A stretch of 64,000 nucleotides of DNA from a virus (taxonomy: Duplodnaviria > Caudoviricetes): IMG/VR virus record IMGVR_UViG_3300028048_000077, positions 32,001-96,000 of that record, one strand, 5' to 3'. Both the position numbers and the translations under genes were made by a program. Positions within the stretch are counted from its first letter, which is position 1; every line of letters starts with the position of its first letter. Below are positions 52,898 to 61,163 of the stretch, piece by piece. Under the pieces are notes generated by a model. The model had not been told where the DNA came from and did not search any database. It worked only from the letters and a program-made list of their open reading frames with translations.

Positions 52898-53290
52898 TTA
52901 CCACATGTAAGTATTAGGGCTTTCACCATTATCACGTACATCTACATGGCAACCCCAGTCATAAAGACCGATTCCATCGAAACCAATCTGCTCACAGTAC
53001 CATTTGAGCTGTTCTGGAGTATGGCAATATTCATAGTCTGGAGTCTGTACATCTGCTGCTGTTCCATCAACATGCTGAGAATTAGGTACACCACCTACTT
53101 CAGCATTATGAGCTGGGCAACGATATGCACAAGAAATCTCAAGTGGACCACCAATCATTTCACGAAGAGCTTCAAGCTTTTCGAGAAGAAGAGGACTTAC
53201 CTTATCTGCAGTTTCTGGACCACAATCACAATGACCCTGAGATGCACCATGGCACATCAATTCTTCGGCGGAAAAATGTTCACTAGGCAT
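52898..53290 (-). CDS. Peptidase M15 (D-Ala-D-Ala peptidase-fold) endolysin
   Basis: SCAYRCPAHNAEVGGVPNSQHVDGTAAD...HVDVR. Confidence 0.88.
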   Translation of the reverse strand: MPSEHFSAEELMCHGASQGHCDCGPETADKVSPLLLEKLEALREMIGGPLEISCAYRCPAHNAEVGGVPNSQHVDGTAADVQTPDYEYCHTPEQLKWYCEQIGFDGIGLYDWGCHVDVRDNGESPNTYMW

Positions 53291-53310
53291 TTTTAAAATC
53301 TCCTTTCAAT

Positions 53311-53685
53311 TTAAGCAAATGCTGGATGATGCTGAGCTTTCATCTTACTAATATGACTATTTATATTCGCCATATGGCGATGAGCATCATTATATTTTTC
53401 TCCTTCTGGTGTTTCAGAAGCTTTTAATCCCGTTCTTTTTCTACCATCATTTGTTCTTTGCAAAGCTTTTCTAGTTTTATCAAGTCTATCTTGAGCTCTT
53501 TGTTTCAATTTATCTACTACTTCTTTAGTAAATTGTTTGTAATTATGCTCTTCTTCGAGAGACTCAATATAATTTTCAAGAGCGGCAATATAACCAGCAG
53601 CATATGCATCCATCACATATTCCTGCTGAGCTTCATTGAGGCTATTCATAATAGCTGTCTCTTTTAATACTTCATCTAAAATCAT
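53311..53685 (-). CDS. putative internal head protein
   Basis: Acidic N-terminus with AALE/SLEE candidate protease sites, basic C-terminus. Confidence 0.45.
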   Translation of the reverse strand: MILDEVLKETAIMNSLNEAQQEYVMDAYAAGYIAALENYIESLEEEHNYKQFTKEVVDKLKQRAQDRLDKTRKALQRTNDGRKRTGLKASETPEGEKYNDAHRHMANINSHISKMKAQHHPAFA

Positions 53686-53696
53686 AATACTCCTCC

Positions 53697-54872
53697 TTAC
53701 TTATTTGCTGTATGTATGATTAGAGCAAAGTAAAACTTAATACTCTTTTTATAAGCATTTTTAGTAGCTAATCTCTTCTTACGAGCAGCATACCTAGTAG
53801 AATAAGTATCTAACCAACCTTCTACTATTTCATCTATCTTTAATAAATGTTTGTTGGCAGTATTAGGTTTTGGAGTAATAGTATATGTAAGGAACTGAAT
53901 ATCCGCTACTTCCTTAGTAGACTTAGGCTCAGCACAATATGTATAAATCATATTACGAACCACAATCTTAATATCTCCAATAGTATGTTTATCATTTATG
54001 ATAGACTCTAAGATTTGTTTTACTTCTTCTGCTCTTACTAATGAAGAAGACGCCATCTTACAATACTTATATTCTATGGTATTAGATTGAATCTTAGCCA
54101 TAGCTTTATCTATAAACTTTTCACACCGTAAAGAATCCGAATCTGCTAAATGGAAATCTTCAGGCATCTGATTTTCAGAATTGTATACTATATAATCTTT
54201 ATTCTCATATGCTTTATAGTATTCTTTAGCAATATTCTTGATAATAGATTTGATTCTATTATGAAGCTGTTGTACTAAGTATGCTATATCTTCATCTGAG
54301 AAAGATTTAAACATTCTTTCATAACTTTCAAGCCATTTATCAGAGATAGTCTTAACAGTAGCTATAACTGTTTTAGACTTCTTAAATTCAAATGACTGAG
54401 AAAGATTATTCATTACATATTCCATAATCTCTCTATATTTAGAAGGTTCTGCAACTGGGAACATTGCATAGTGAATAGATGGATAAAATTTACCACTGAA
54501 TGCTAAATACAAAGCTGCTAACTGAGCATCTTTAGTATTCTTTTTCATTATATAATACCTAATCAAACTCATGATTAGAATTGTAGGCTCATCCTTAGCA
54601 TATCTAGGATTAAAAGCTGCTATATTCCAATAATAAGTTTCAGATATAGCTTTCTTAACTTGTACTCTATCTATATCAACTGCAGAATGTAATTCATCTG
54701 CATCTATACTACCATATGCCATTCTATCATATGGGCCAGTATCGAATAATTGTTGGTTTCTTCTATCTACAAATTTAGAGATGCATTGTTTAAACTTAGC
54801 AGCTCTAGAGCTCATTTTCTTTTCTACTATTGGATATAGAATCTTAAGAATAGCAGTGGTATTATTTTTCAT
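53697..54872 (-). CDS. conserved hypothetical (likely virion) protein
   Basis: 391 aa; GACA-N6-TAA promoter at ~54886-54899. Confidence 0.65.
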   Translation of the reverse strand: MKNNTTAILKILYPIVEKKMSSRAAKFKQCISKFVDRRNQQLFDTGPYDRMAYGSIDADELHSAVDIDRVQVKKAISETYYWNIAAFNPRYAKDEPTILIMSLIRYYIMKKNTKDAQLAALYLAFSGKFYPSIHYAMFPVAEPSKYREIMEYVMNNLSQSFEFKKSKTVIATVKTISDKWLESYERMFKSFSDEDIAYLVQQLHNRIKSIIKNIAKEYYKAYENKDYIVYNSENQMPEDFHLADSDSLRCEKFIDKAMAKIQSNTIEYKYCKMASSSLVRAEEVKQILESIINDKHTIGDIKIVVRNMIYTYCAEPKSTKEVADIQFLTYTITPKPNTANKHLLKIDEIVEGWLDTYSTRYAARKKRLATKNAYKKSIKFYFALIIHTANK

Positions 54873-54946
54873 CTCTTATTCACCTCTTATAGCATTGTCC
54901 AAAAAAGCACATTTTAATCATATACTCTTAAAGAAAAAATTAAGCA

Positions 54947-55082
54947 TATACTATATATATGAAAAGGTACCCATTCCTTTTTGTGTTTTCCATTATTAAT
55001 TATGAAATTTAATTTCATAATTAAACTCCTTTCATTATAAAATATCCCATTGGGGAGGGGGTATATTATCCCCTTATTTTTT
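54947..55082 (+). ncRNA. candidate early sRNA 1 (anti-SD motif)
   Basis: Early motif 54947-54962; CTCCTTTCA at 55026; GGGG/CCCC terminator with U-tract; no SD-led sense ORF. Confidence 0.55.
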
Positions 55083-55114
55083 ATATAAATTGTAATATTC
55101 GGAAAATTTAAACA

Positions 55115-55226
55115 TATACTATATATGTGAATAAAAGGATTCACCTCCTTTCTGTTTGTTCTTCTCATCTCCTTTCAATTCACCCATATGGGGAGGGGGC
55201 CTCATCAGCCCCCTTATTTTTTTTTT
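55115..55226 (+). ncRNA. candidate early sRNA 2 mimicking the 16S rRNA 3' tail
   Basis: Early motif 55115-55130; GGATTCACCTCCTTTCT; second anti-SD TCATCTCCTTTC; same terminator family as sRNA 1. Confidence 0.6.
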
Positions 55227-55272
55227 CATAATAAATCCCTCTACCCAATTAGGGTAGAGGGATAATCTTATT

Positions 55273-55854
55273 TTATTTATCGTAGTTTTCAAGAGTAAGC
55301 TTAACCAGAGTACCATCAGCCTTGATTTCCTCTACAGGAACCTTATGCCAACAAAGCTTCTTGATATCTTCAAGATCAAGAACAATAGCTTTCTTTTCAC
55401 CAATAAATGGATAAGTAACATAAGAAACATTTATACCATTAGCATAAACATTTACTCTTTTCTTACCTGGCTGAACAGGTGGATATTTAGTTTCATCTTT
55501 ACCAGTTACTTCAGGAGTAGCGGAAACTTTTTTAGGCTCTTCCTTTTTAACTTCTGGTTTAGGTTCTTCTTTCTTAACTTCCTCTACAGGAGCTTTTGCT
55601 TCCTCTTTAGTAGCCTCAGCTTTTACTTCCTCTTTTTTAGGAGCTTCTGCCTTAACTTCCTCTTTAGGAGCCTCAGCTTTTACTTCTTCTTTAGGCACTT
55701 CTGCCTTAACTTCTTCTTTAACTTCATTTTTTTCCTTAGACATCAATTTTTCCTCCTTATCATAAATATCAATCAATCCTTCGAAGGCTGATATGATATC
55801 TATACAATCATTATTTTTTATATTATTATTTAGAATGAGTTTAAATTCATTCAT
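55273..55854 (-). CDS. protein with EVKAEAPKE tandem repeats and a small C-terminal domain
   Basis: About 6 repeats at ~55560-55730; likely start 55743 (AAGGAGG). Confidence 0.75.
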   Translation of the reverse strand: MNEFKLILNNNIKNNDCIDIISAFEGLIDIYDKEEKLMSKEKNEVKEEVKAEVPKEEVKAEAPKEEVKAEAPKKEEVKAEATKEEAKAPVEEVKKEEPKPEVKKEEPKKVSATPEVTGKDETKYPPVQPGKKRVNVYANGINVSYVTYPFIGEKKAIVLDLEDIKKLCWHKVPVEEIKADGTLVKLTLENYDK

Positions 55855-55859
55855 ATAAT

Positions 55860-56090
55860 TTAAATAATATCGTCATCATCATCTACTTCATCATAATATA
55901 CATCATCATCAGCAGATACAGTTTCTTCATCATCGTCATATAAAAGTATATCATCCATATCATCACATTCACCGAATGCGATATCTTCTTCAGCTTCTTT
56001 TTCTAGATCAATCTCTTGCTCGATAATAAATTCATCAGTTTCATCGAATACATCGTATTCAGTATCATCAGAAAGCAATGCTTCTAACAT
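55860..56090 (-). CDS. small highly acidic protein
   Basis: Start MLEALL after AAAGGAG; very D/E-rich. Confidence 0.65.
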   Translation of the reverse strand: MLEALLSDDTEYDVFDETDEFIIEQEIDLEKEAEEDIAFGECDDMDDILLYDDDEETVSADDDVYYDEVDDDDDII

Positions 56091-56103
56091 CGTATTCACT
56101 CCT

Positions 56104-56256
56104 TTATACTTCTGGGAATAATATATCGATTGCTTCATGAGGGTCATTTTCAATTACACCTTCAAGAAGTTCATCATCTTGAGTTTCCTCAATAATATCT
56201 AAAGACATATCATGATCTAAAGACTCCATAAGAGCTATATCTAAACTATTAAGCAT
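56104..56256 (-). CDS. small acidic protein
   Basis: Start MLNSLD after AGGAGG; AACA-N6-TA at ~56280-56291. Confidence 0.6.
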   Translation of the reverse strand: MLNSLDIALMESLDHDMSLDIIEETQDDELLEGVIENDPHEAIDILFPEV

Positions 56257-56305
56257 TTTATCCCCTCCTATTTGTAAATTAATTATATGTTTCGGAGGTA
56301 TGCTC

Positions 56306-57517
56306 TTATTCAAATTGTTTAAGAGGTTCTTTCTTTTCCATAGTATCTAATATGTACTGTTTAAGTATATAAATAATAATAGGAAGCTCATGAAATAACT
56401 CTGTACTATTTTTATATTCAATTTCCTCTAAAGCATCAATCATACTATCATTTAGCGGTTTTAAGCCGTTAAAGTAGTTTATAATGATATTATAGTACTT
56501 TTTGTCTTTAAACTCTTTTTCGGCACTTATGGCCTTCGTCAGATCATTAGAATAGGTAGGTATAGGTTCTGCAAGTACCCCCATTGTGCACTGATGTACA
56601 ATATAATATGGTTCTAATCTTTGAGATAATAGAGACATCGGATCTCTATTCTCAATACCATAATATCTATGATGAATAACTTTCTTATTTCGAGTTTCTA
56701 CATTTCTATAGATACTCTTATCATATTCAATACAGAATGTTTCTGGTAAAGCAGTAGCTTGCTCAAGATAGATAAAATTACTTCCATAATCAAGTACTTT
56801 ATTTCTAATAAGGAATTCTATAACTTCAGGATCATAGAATTGTGCTTCTGCATATTTGAATACATAAGTCTGTAATTGATCTCTCCAGAATATAGAATGA
56901 TAGTATTTAGAAAGAGTTTCACAAACAGACTCTAGTCTTTCTACAAACTTATATTCTTCATCTTGAATAATAGATTTGTAGTTACTTCCTACATTATCGG
57001 AAATCATTTTGAAATTCTTTTCTACTATAGGGCTGAAATCATCTCCAACTCTGTCCATTACATAGGAAAGTTTCCAGAAGTTATTTCCATTTTCTAATGT
57101 ATCTATAGTAACTTTAGTTATTCTAAACCAACATTTATTCTTAGTAACATGATCTATTGTAAAATAAGAATCAGGATATGGTTTAAAAGTATTAGGAGGA
57201 AGTATACATTCTCCCTCTATTTCATTACCTTCTAAACCAAAATCATTCATCTCTAACTCAGTAGATATTCTCTCAATTCCAAAGAGTAATACCTTTTCGA
57301 TCTTATTATACCTAAGAGGAGTATCAGGAGTTAAGATATCATTTATATCTTTAGTACCATCATCTAAAGTAGTTTGAGTATCGTTCACATTATAGAATGT
57401 AACAGTGACTGGATGTTTATCCGTAAACATATAAAACGGATTATCTAATCTGTGTATCATTCCATGTTCTAATGATTCTACTGTATTAGTATACGTAGTA
57501 TTTAAGAACCTTCCCAT
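56306..57517 (-). CDS. putative virion neck/tail-associated protein
   Basis: 403 aa; ILPPNTFKPYPDSYF is reminiscent of T4 gp14-like proteins; weak. Confidence 0.45.
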   Translation of the reverse strand: MGRFLNTTYTNTVESLEHGMIHRLDNPFYMFTDKHPVTVTFYNVNDTQTTLDDGTKDINDILTPDTPLRYNKIEKVLLFGIERISTELEMNDFGLEGNEIEGECILPPNTFKPYPDSYFTIDHVTKNKCWFRITKVTIDTLENGNNFWKLSYVMDRVGDDFSPIVEKNFKMISDNVGSNYKSIIQDEEYKFVERLESVCETLSKYYHSIFWRDQLQTYVFKYAEAQFYDPEVIEFLIRNKVLDYGSNFIYLEQATALPETFCIEYDKSIYRNVETRNKKVIHHRYYGIENRDPMSLLSQRLEPYYIVHQCTMGVLAEPIPTYSNDLTKAISAEKEFKDKKYYNIIINYFNGLKPLNDSMIDALEEIEYKNSTELFHELPIIIYILKQYILDTMEKKEPLKQFE

Positions 57518-57562
57518 ATTCTCACTCCTCTAAAAAAAAAATGGGAATATATGTATTCCCAT

Positions 57563-58594
57563 TTATATTACTCTTTGTACAGAATCAATTATATGATTCT
57601 TATCTACTCCATAATCCTTTTCTCCTTGAAATGTATTTCTATGAATATAAAGCTCCATTCCAAGATTTTGTATTAGATTAGATATTCTATATAAAATACT
57701 ATCTTCCACATCATTATCAAGATATACATGAAATCTAGCATTCATTATATTATAATCTAATAAATACATTCGGATTACATTTTCATATCCCTTACCACAT
57801 GCAGCAGTATATATCTTATTCATTTTAACACCACCACATGTATTATAGCATATGGATAAAATATCAAACGGTCCTTCTGCTACATGAATGTCCACGGTAT
57901 CAGGATTGGTCAAATCGACCAGTGTAGGAATAGTATAAAATGATACTCCTTCTTCATGTATTGTATACAGATTATACTTATTATCAATCGAAGGATCTAT
58001 TAATCCTTGTTTATAATACATATTTTTTAATACAACATGACTATTATCCATTGATAGAAATCCAACAGATGCACATGATAGTTCATATACTATATCAGAT
58101 GCTCTAGTATACTTATCTATTCCATTAAAGTTAAGCATATATAACAGATTAGGAACTATCTTATCCATTATTGGATTTGGAATAACTATCCCTAAACGAT
58201 CATTTATATAATCTACTTTTCCTTGTTCTTGTTCCATATACCAAGGATTCATAATATTATATTTACGTGTACGTTGATTGATAGTATTCTTCATTTTCTT
58301 ATACACTTTACCCATATAATTATTTAACTCACTGAATACAGCAAGGTCATTATCATCATAGGTAGGTATAAACTGCTTAAGTATATCAGGAGTTAGTACT
58401 CCTTTACTTCCACACTTAAAACAATTATAGAATGGAGTATCACCACTTGTTTTAATATATAGATGCCTAGCATTCTTATCCTTTTGAGAATCTCCACAAA
58501 ATCTACATCTCATAGATATCTCTTTTCCTCCAGAACAAGATCTAGCATCTTCAAATTTATCTAAAAGATATTTGTGCAATGCTTTTAAATCCAT
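57563..58594 (-). CDS. DNA primase (T4 gp61/DnaG-like)
   Basis: CRFCGDS...YNCFKCG Zn finger; TOPRIM EGPFD and YLDND. Confidence 0.9.
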   Translation of the reverse strand: MDLKALHKYLLDKFEDARSCSGGKEISMRCRFCGDSQKDKNARHLYIKTSGDTPFYNCFKCGSKGVLTPDILKQFIPTYDDNDLAVFSELNNYMGKVYKKMKNTINQRTRKYNIMNPWYMEQEQGKVDYINDRLGIVIPNPIMDKIVPNLLYMLNFNGIDKYTRASDIVYELSCASVGFLSMDNSHVVLKNMYYKQGLIDPSIDNKYNLYTIHEEGVSFYTIPTLVDLTNPDTVDIHVAEGPFDILSICYNTCGGVKMNKIYTAACGKGYENVIRMYLLDYNIMNARFHVYLDNDVEDSILYRISNLIQNLGMELYIHRNTFQGEKDYGVDKNHIIDSVQRVI

Positions 58595-58651
58595 ATTACA
58601 CCTCTATATAAAAGATACCCTAGGGGATTTCTCCCCTAGGGTGATCTTATT

Positions 58652-60259
58652 TTACTTATTTATCATTAATACAAACTTCATGAACTCTTCACATATGATA
58701 TCCTTATCGACTACAATGTCTTTGCCATTAATGCTTGGGTCATAGTAGTTTATATGTGTGAATTCACTAGCTATAGCTTCTGCTATAAATTTAAATAGAA
58801 TCTTTTCAACATTGTCTTGGTCTTTATAAATATTTAATATTGATAAATATTTTTCAGACATCTTAAGCCTAGTTACCATGGTCTTACTAATAGACTTTCT
58901 AGCAACACCACGTTTAGTTCTACCAGATACAATTTCAGCTAATGTAAAGATACCATTATTATTCATAATACGCTTTGCAGCAATCAGCAACTTTACATAT
59001 TGAACTTGATTAGTATAGTTTACAGATATTATATCACCAAACATCTTGGCAAATATAAATCTTATAATATTTTCTTGATAAGCAAATCTTATATCACGAC
59101 CATCTTTAGAAAGTTCATTAATATAAAATTGGATTTCATGCTCATCAAAAGGACCATACTTAATATCTATAGTTTTCATAACATCCTCTGAATTTACTTT
59201 ATATTGAGCAGCTTCAGATTCGTTCTTTTTAATCATATACGCCTCAAACTTATCAGTCTGAGAGTTATTATCTTCATCTCTTATAGAAGAAGACACTGGT
59301 CTTAATGTATATTCATATTGAATATTAGTAATCTTAAACTTAATATCATATGCAATACTATTATAGTTAAAGCAAATGATAGATTGATTATACACATACT
59401 TAGGTATAATCTGGCATAAAAGATTCTCAAGAATATTAATACCATGAGTAATAGGATTAATACCACGGATTTCTTGCATTTCCCAAAGCTGTCTATCATG
59501 GTTCATACTCTTACCGATATTTGCCATAACAGTTTCAAACAGTTTGGATAATAAATCTACTCCAGTATGAAGTTTAATATTATCATAGATTTTATTAAAT
59601 GCTCTAGTTAAGATTTCTTTAGTCTCTTCACTAGAATTAATACCCTTAATATACATAAAGTGACTAATCAATGGAATCATAAACATCTGATACAAAGCTC
59701 CCATAATAAGAAGCTTAGCATGATAATCATGATACTCTAAACAAGGATTTCTTGTATCTTTTTTAGATGTAGTCATCTTAATATAGTTATAGTCATTCAT
59801 CTCTTTAATGAGAAAATATAATATTGGGTTAGCGTCCCAAGATATTATATATTTATACAAATCGTCAATGAATGCATCGATTGTATAAATATTTCCATAA
59901 CAGTCAATTTGAAATTTAATTTTAGAATAGATAGAAAGCAACATATGATTTCTATCAAAGAATTTCTCAAAATAATTTATATACAAGCATAAATGCTCTC
60001 TAAAGCCTATCTTTCTTTCACCAGTATTCTTATCTATCTTCGAATCACTATTGTAACACTTCTTTGGTGTCATATAGAAGTAGTCAATATGATTTCCCTC
60101 TGGAAGATTATAAAACTGATGTAAAGGAGCAATTAAAGCACCCTTAACCTGTGTGAAAAGTTGGTCTTCTGGCATCATCACCCATTTATCCACCTCTGGG
60201 ATAGTAGGTATACCAACATGCCTAAATATCTTCGGAATATTTTGTTTAATCAATTGCAT
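58652..60259 (-). CDS. non-virion RNAP promoter-specificity subunit (AR9 gp226 / phiKZ gp68-like)
   Basis: Recalled similarity to AR9 gp226 along its length (LSKLF..D..LW, IIPKY..N.S.I, SEKY, EEF...V.MI); early motif 60316-60331; needs HMM confirmation. Confidence 0.65.
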   Translation of the reverse strand: MQLIKQNIPKIFRHVGIPTIPEVDKWVMMPEDQLFTQVKGALIAPLHQFYNLPEGNHIDYFYMTPKKCYNSDSKIDKNTGERKIGFREHLCLYINYFEKFFDRNHMLLSIYSKIKFQIDCYGNIYTIDAFIDDLYKYIISWDANPILYFLIKEMNDYNYIKMTTSKKDTRNPCLEYHDYHAKLLIMGALYQMFMIPLISHFMYIKGINSSEETKEILTRAFNKIYDNIKLHTGVDLLSKLFETVMANIGKSMNHDRQLWEMQEIRGINPITHGINILENLLCQIIPKYVYNQSIICFNYNSIAYDIKFKITNIQYEYTLRPVSSSIRDEDNNSQTDKFEAYMIKKNESEAAQYKVNSEDVMKTIDIKYGPFDEHEIQFYINELSKDGRDIRFAYQENIIRFIFAKMFGDIISVNYTNQVQYVKLLIAAKRIMNNNGIFTLAEIVSGRTKRGVARKSISKTMVTRLKMSEKYLSILNIYKDQDNVEKILFKFIAEAIASEFTHINYYDPSINGKDIVVDKDIICEEFMKFVLMINK

Positions 60260-60334
60260 TTACCTCTCTCTTAACTCTATATTTTTAAAAGCCCTATTAA
60301 TGCAATCCTCCTTTCTCATATATATAGTATATGT

Positions 60335-61102
60335 TTATTTTTTTCTTTTGATTATATTGGTTCTTTTTGTAGTAGCAGTTCTAGAGACTGTTCCCGTTCT
60401 TGAAACTGTAGGAGTAGTTGCTATTGTATTAAGTTTAGAAGATTTATAATTGGCTCTCATTTCACTAGCTTTAGTAGCTAGTGTCTTCTTTCTTAAATTA
60501 ACAGCATCCTTAGCTTCATTATACAGCTCTAATTTTCTATCAGTAGGAATCATCTTATTAGATAATTCTCCAATAGATAGACTACTTTTATTATCTCTCC
60601 AAACTGGTTTAGAGAACAAACCTCTAAGTTTAATATACAGATAAGCAAAATATAATGATTTTACATATCCTACTACACCTTGAGGATTTCTTACTTTAGA
60701 TTCTAGTTTAAATGCAGTCTTAGGAATGTTCTTCTTAAGCTTCTGTATAAGCATCTTATTCTTATCAAAAGCTTGAGCAAAGTTAAACATAAAAGCTGGA
60801 TCATTAGAGAAGAATTGTATATCATATCCTGCTAATGTAGGAGATTTCTCTAATTCTCCATCTCCAGTTTTAAATCCAATAACTGTATCCCAGAAGAAAT
60901 GCTCAACAGATTCAGATGGTATCTGAATATAGAGATAATATTCTTTCTCATTAGAAATAATACACTGAGTTTTCCATATACCAGCTTCTCTAGCAACAAG
61001 AAGATTAAACTTTTTAGTATATAACTCTTCATATACAAATCTCTGAGAATATACAGCATTTCCTTTTCCCATAGGATTTCTTATGTATTCTTCTAGAGTC
61101 AT
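60335..61102 (-). CDS. conserved jumbo-phage hypothetical protein
   Basis: IPSES, FFSNDPAF, RNP motifs; basic C-terminal tail. Confidence 0.7.
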   Translation of the reverse strand: MTLEEYIRNPMGKGNAVYSQRFVYEELYTKKFNLLVAREAGIWKTQCIISNEKEYYLYIQIPSESVEHFFWDTVIGFKTGDGELEKSPTLAGYDIQFFSNDPAFMFNFAQAFDKNKMLIQKLKKNIPKTAFKLESKVRNPQGVVGYVKSLYFAYLYIKLRGLFSKPVWRDNKSSLSIGELSNKMIPTDRKLELYNEAKDAVNLRKKTLATKASEMRANYKSSKLNTIATTPTVSRTGTVSRTATTKRTNIIKRKK

Positions 61103-61163
61103 AATATCACCCCTTATATTCCGTATGGAGAGTGCTAATGCACTCTCCACCGAAATTTATATA

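Noticed and set aside
55137-55153. 16S rRNA gene fragment
   Set aside because: Only the 3'-tail motif matches, with no flanking rRNA sequence; treated as mimicry rather than an rRNA gene.
54914-55316. Minus-strand ORFs of 84 and 65 aa
   Set aside because: They run through promoter motifs and terminators oriented on the plus strand, so the ncRNA reading is preferred, although a short minus-strand peptide cannot be fully excluded.
55345-55791. Phe-rich plus-strand ORF and similar antisense ORFs (586..810, 33134..33490, 52787..53296, 62253..62963 etc.)
   Set aside because: They are shadow frames opposite well-supported genes and lack SD sites or recognisable motifs.
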